A stretch of 24,000 nucleotides of DNA from Oceanobacillus sojae (lineage in GTDB: Bacteria > Bacillota > Bacilli > Bacillales > Amphibacillaceae). The notes under the pieces are model-generated. The model had not been told where the DNA came from. It saw only the letters and a program-made list of their open reading frames with translations, and ran no database searches. Both the position numbers and the translations under genes were made by a program. The stretch is from contig NZ_BJYM01000013.1 of assembly GCF_007991515.1 (NCBI RefSeq), positions 41,169-65,168 on the forward strand, read 5' to 3'. This document shows, piece by piece, positions 23,250 through 24,000 of the stretch (its first letter is position 1; each line of letters begins with the position of its first letter).

Positions 23250-23264
23250 AAGAAAGCGTTATCA
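23250..23264. promoter_or_regulatory. Candidate catabolite-responsive element (cre, CcpA site)
   Basis: AAGAAAGCGTTATCA versus consensus WTGNAANCGNWNNCW: one mismatch (position 2), central CG conserved. It lies about 55 nt upstream of the transporter start codon. Confidence 0.4.
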
Positions 23265-23316
23265 TTTAAATGGATATCTTATCAACTATTTGTTTCAGAC
23301 AGAAGGAGATGAAGAA

Positions 23317-24000
23317 ATGACAGAGACTAAGAAAATAAATAATACTCTGGAAAAGAAAAGTATTTTCCATGAGGAAATCTATGGGATTAAATTTCCATTA
23401 TTCTTGATTATATTATTACCAGCTTTTACAGCTCTTTATATGGACCTCATACCGATAAATATTGTTACATCCTTAATGATTATGATGGGGTTAGGCGGAT
23501 TATTGATTTGGATAGGTAATGTCATCCCTATTTTTTCTGACTTTGGCGGCGGTACTATTCTCTGTATCCTGCTTCCTGCCGTCTTAGTATATGCAGGTAT
23601 TCTGCCAGAAAATACGTCGGAGCTGGCAGAAAGCTTTTACAGCCAATTTGGTTTCTCAGATTTCATTGTAGCTGGCTTAATCGTAGGGAGTATATTAGGA
23701 ATTAAGAAGGAAGTTCTGATTACTGTAGCGGTTAAAATGCTCATTCCTTTATTAGCAACTATATTACTGGGAGCATTAGTTGCAGGTATTTTAGGACAAG
23801 TATTCGGATTTGGATTTAAATACACTATTCTGATGATGGTTGCGCCGATTATGGCCAGTGGTATAACAACAGGTGCTATCCCATTATCAGAGATATATGC
23901 CAGTAACTTAGGCGGAACTCCAGCAGATTATTTTGATATTTTGGCTCCAGCTGTGATGGTCTCTAATATTATTTGTATCCTTCTTGCTGCAGTATTAAAT
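23317..24000 (+). CDS. 2-hydroxycarboxylate transporter family protein (CitS/CimH/MaeN-like citrate/malate permease), 5' part; continues beyond the window
   Basis: The ATG at 23317 is preceded by GAAGGAGA (7-nt spacing), and the frame is open to the window end (228 codons). Translation: MTETKKINNTLEKKSIFHEEIYGIKFPLFLIILLPAF...GFSDFIVAGLIVGSILG...MVAPIMASGITTGAIPLSEIYA. It is polytopic, and the GxxxGAIPLS segment is typical of the 2-HCT family. Confidence 0.75.
   Translation, partial: MTETKKINNTLEKKSIFHEEIYGIKFPLFLIILLPAFTALYMDLIPINIVTSLMIMMGLGGLLIWIGNVIPIFSDFGGGTILCILLPAVLVYAGILPENTSELAESFYSQFGFSDFIVAGLIVGSILGIKKEVLITVAVKMLIPLLATILLGALVAGILGQVFGFGFKYTILMMVAPIMASGITTGAIPLSEIYASNLGGTPADYFDILAPAVMVSNIICILLAAVLN

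Noticed and set aside
1-24000. Search for a defence, toxin-antitoxin, secretion, prophage or other accessory 'system'
   Set aside because: Every sizeable ORF has a confident transport, metabolic or regulatory assignment. I saw no nuclease, helicase, methyltransferase, integrase, transposase or reverse-transcriptase motifs and no small adjacent gene pairs of toxin-antitoxin type. The novelty here, if any, lies in atypical transporter architecture, orphan sugar pathways and the small repeat element.

Overview
This looks like a chromosomal segment from a low-GC Firmicute, probably a Bacillaceae. The very acidic extracellular binding protein hints at a salt-adapted host, but that is inference. 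Almost all of the window is solute uptake and sugar catabolism.

Layout, left to right:
- (1) 1-830 (-): 5' part of an M20D amidohydrolase gene.
- (2) 1143-8278: a non-canonical Opp/Dpp-type ABC importer. The lipoprotein binding protein and two permeases are on the minus strand. A fused double-ATPase is transcribed divergently.
- (3) 8532-14988 (+): an eight-gene operon. Its first seven genes have the same gene content as the uncharacterised E. coli sgc cluster: DeoR regulator, BtpA/SgcQ, galactitol-family PTS IIB/IIC/IIA, Rpe-like epimerase and M42 'peptidase'. A Cof-type phosphatase follows.
- (4) 15471-22203 (-): a convergent second galactitol-family PTS operon. It encodes a PRD-domain activator, IIA, IIB, IIC, a small membrane ORF, a PfkB kinase and two tandem FucA/AraD-family class II aldolases.
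- (5) 22219-23316: a decayed junction with an orphan terminator and a C-terminal fragment of an iron-type alcohol dehydrogenase.
- (6) 23317-24000 (+): start of a 2-hydroxycarboxylate (citrate/malate) transporter gene.

I found no rRNA, tRNA, CRISPR array, autonomous IS, phage gene or recognisable defence or toxin-antitoxin system.

Most unusual observations:
- The binding protein appears to be a circular permutation of the family-5 SBP fold, and its partner permeases carry large extra N-terminal membrane domains.
- A MITE-like element is present twice. It has TTCAAAAAGTC terminal inverted repeats and about 9-bp AT-rich flanking duplications. Both copies sit in the same way inside minus-strand operons.
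- There are two orphan galactitol-family PTS pathways with non-standard enzyme sets.

All functional calls come from motif-level reading of the translations. No database search was possible.
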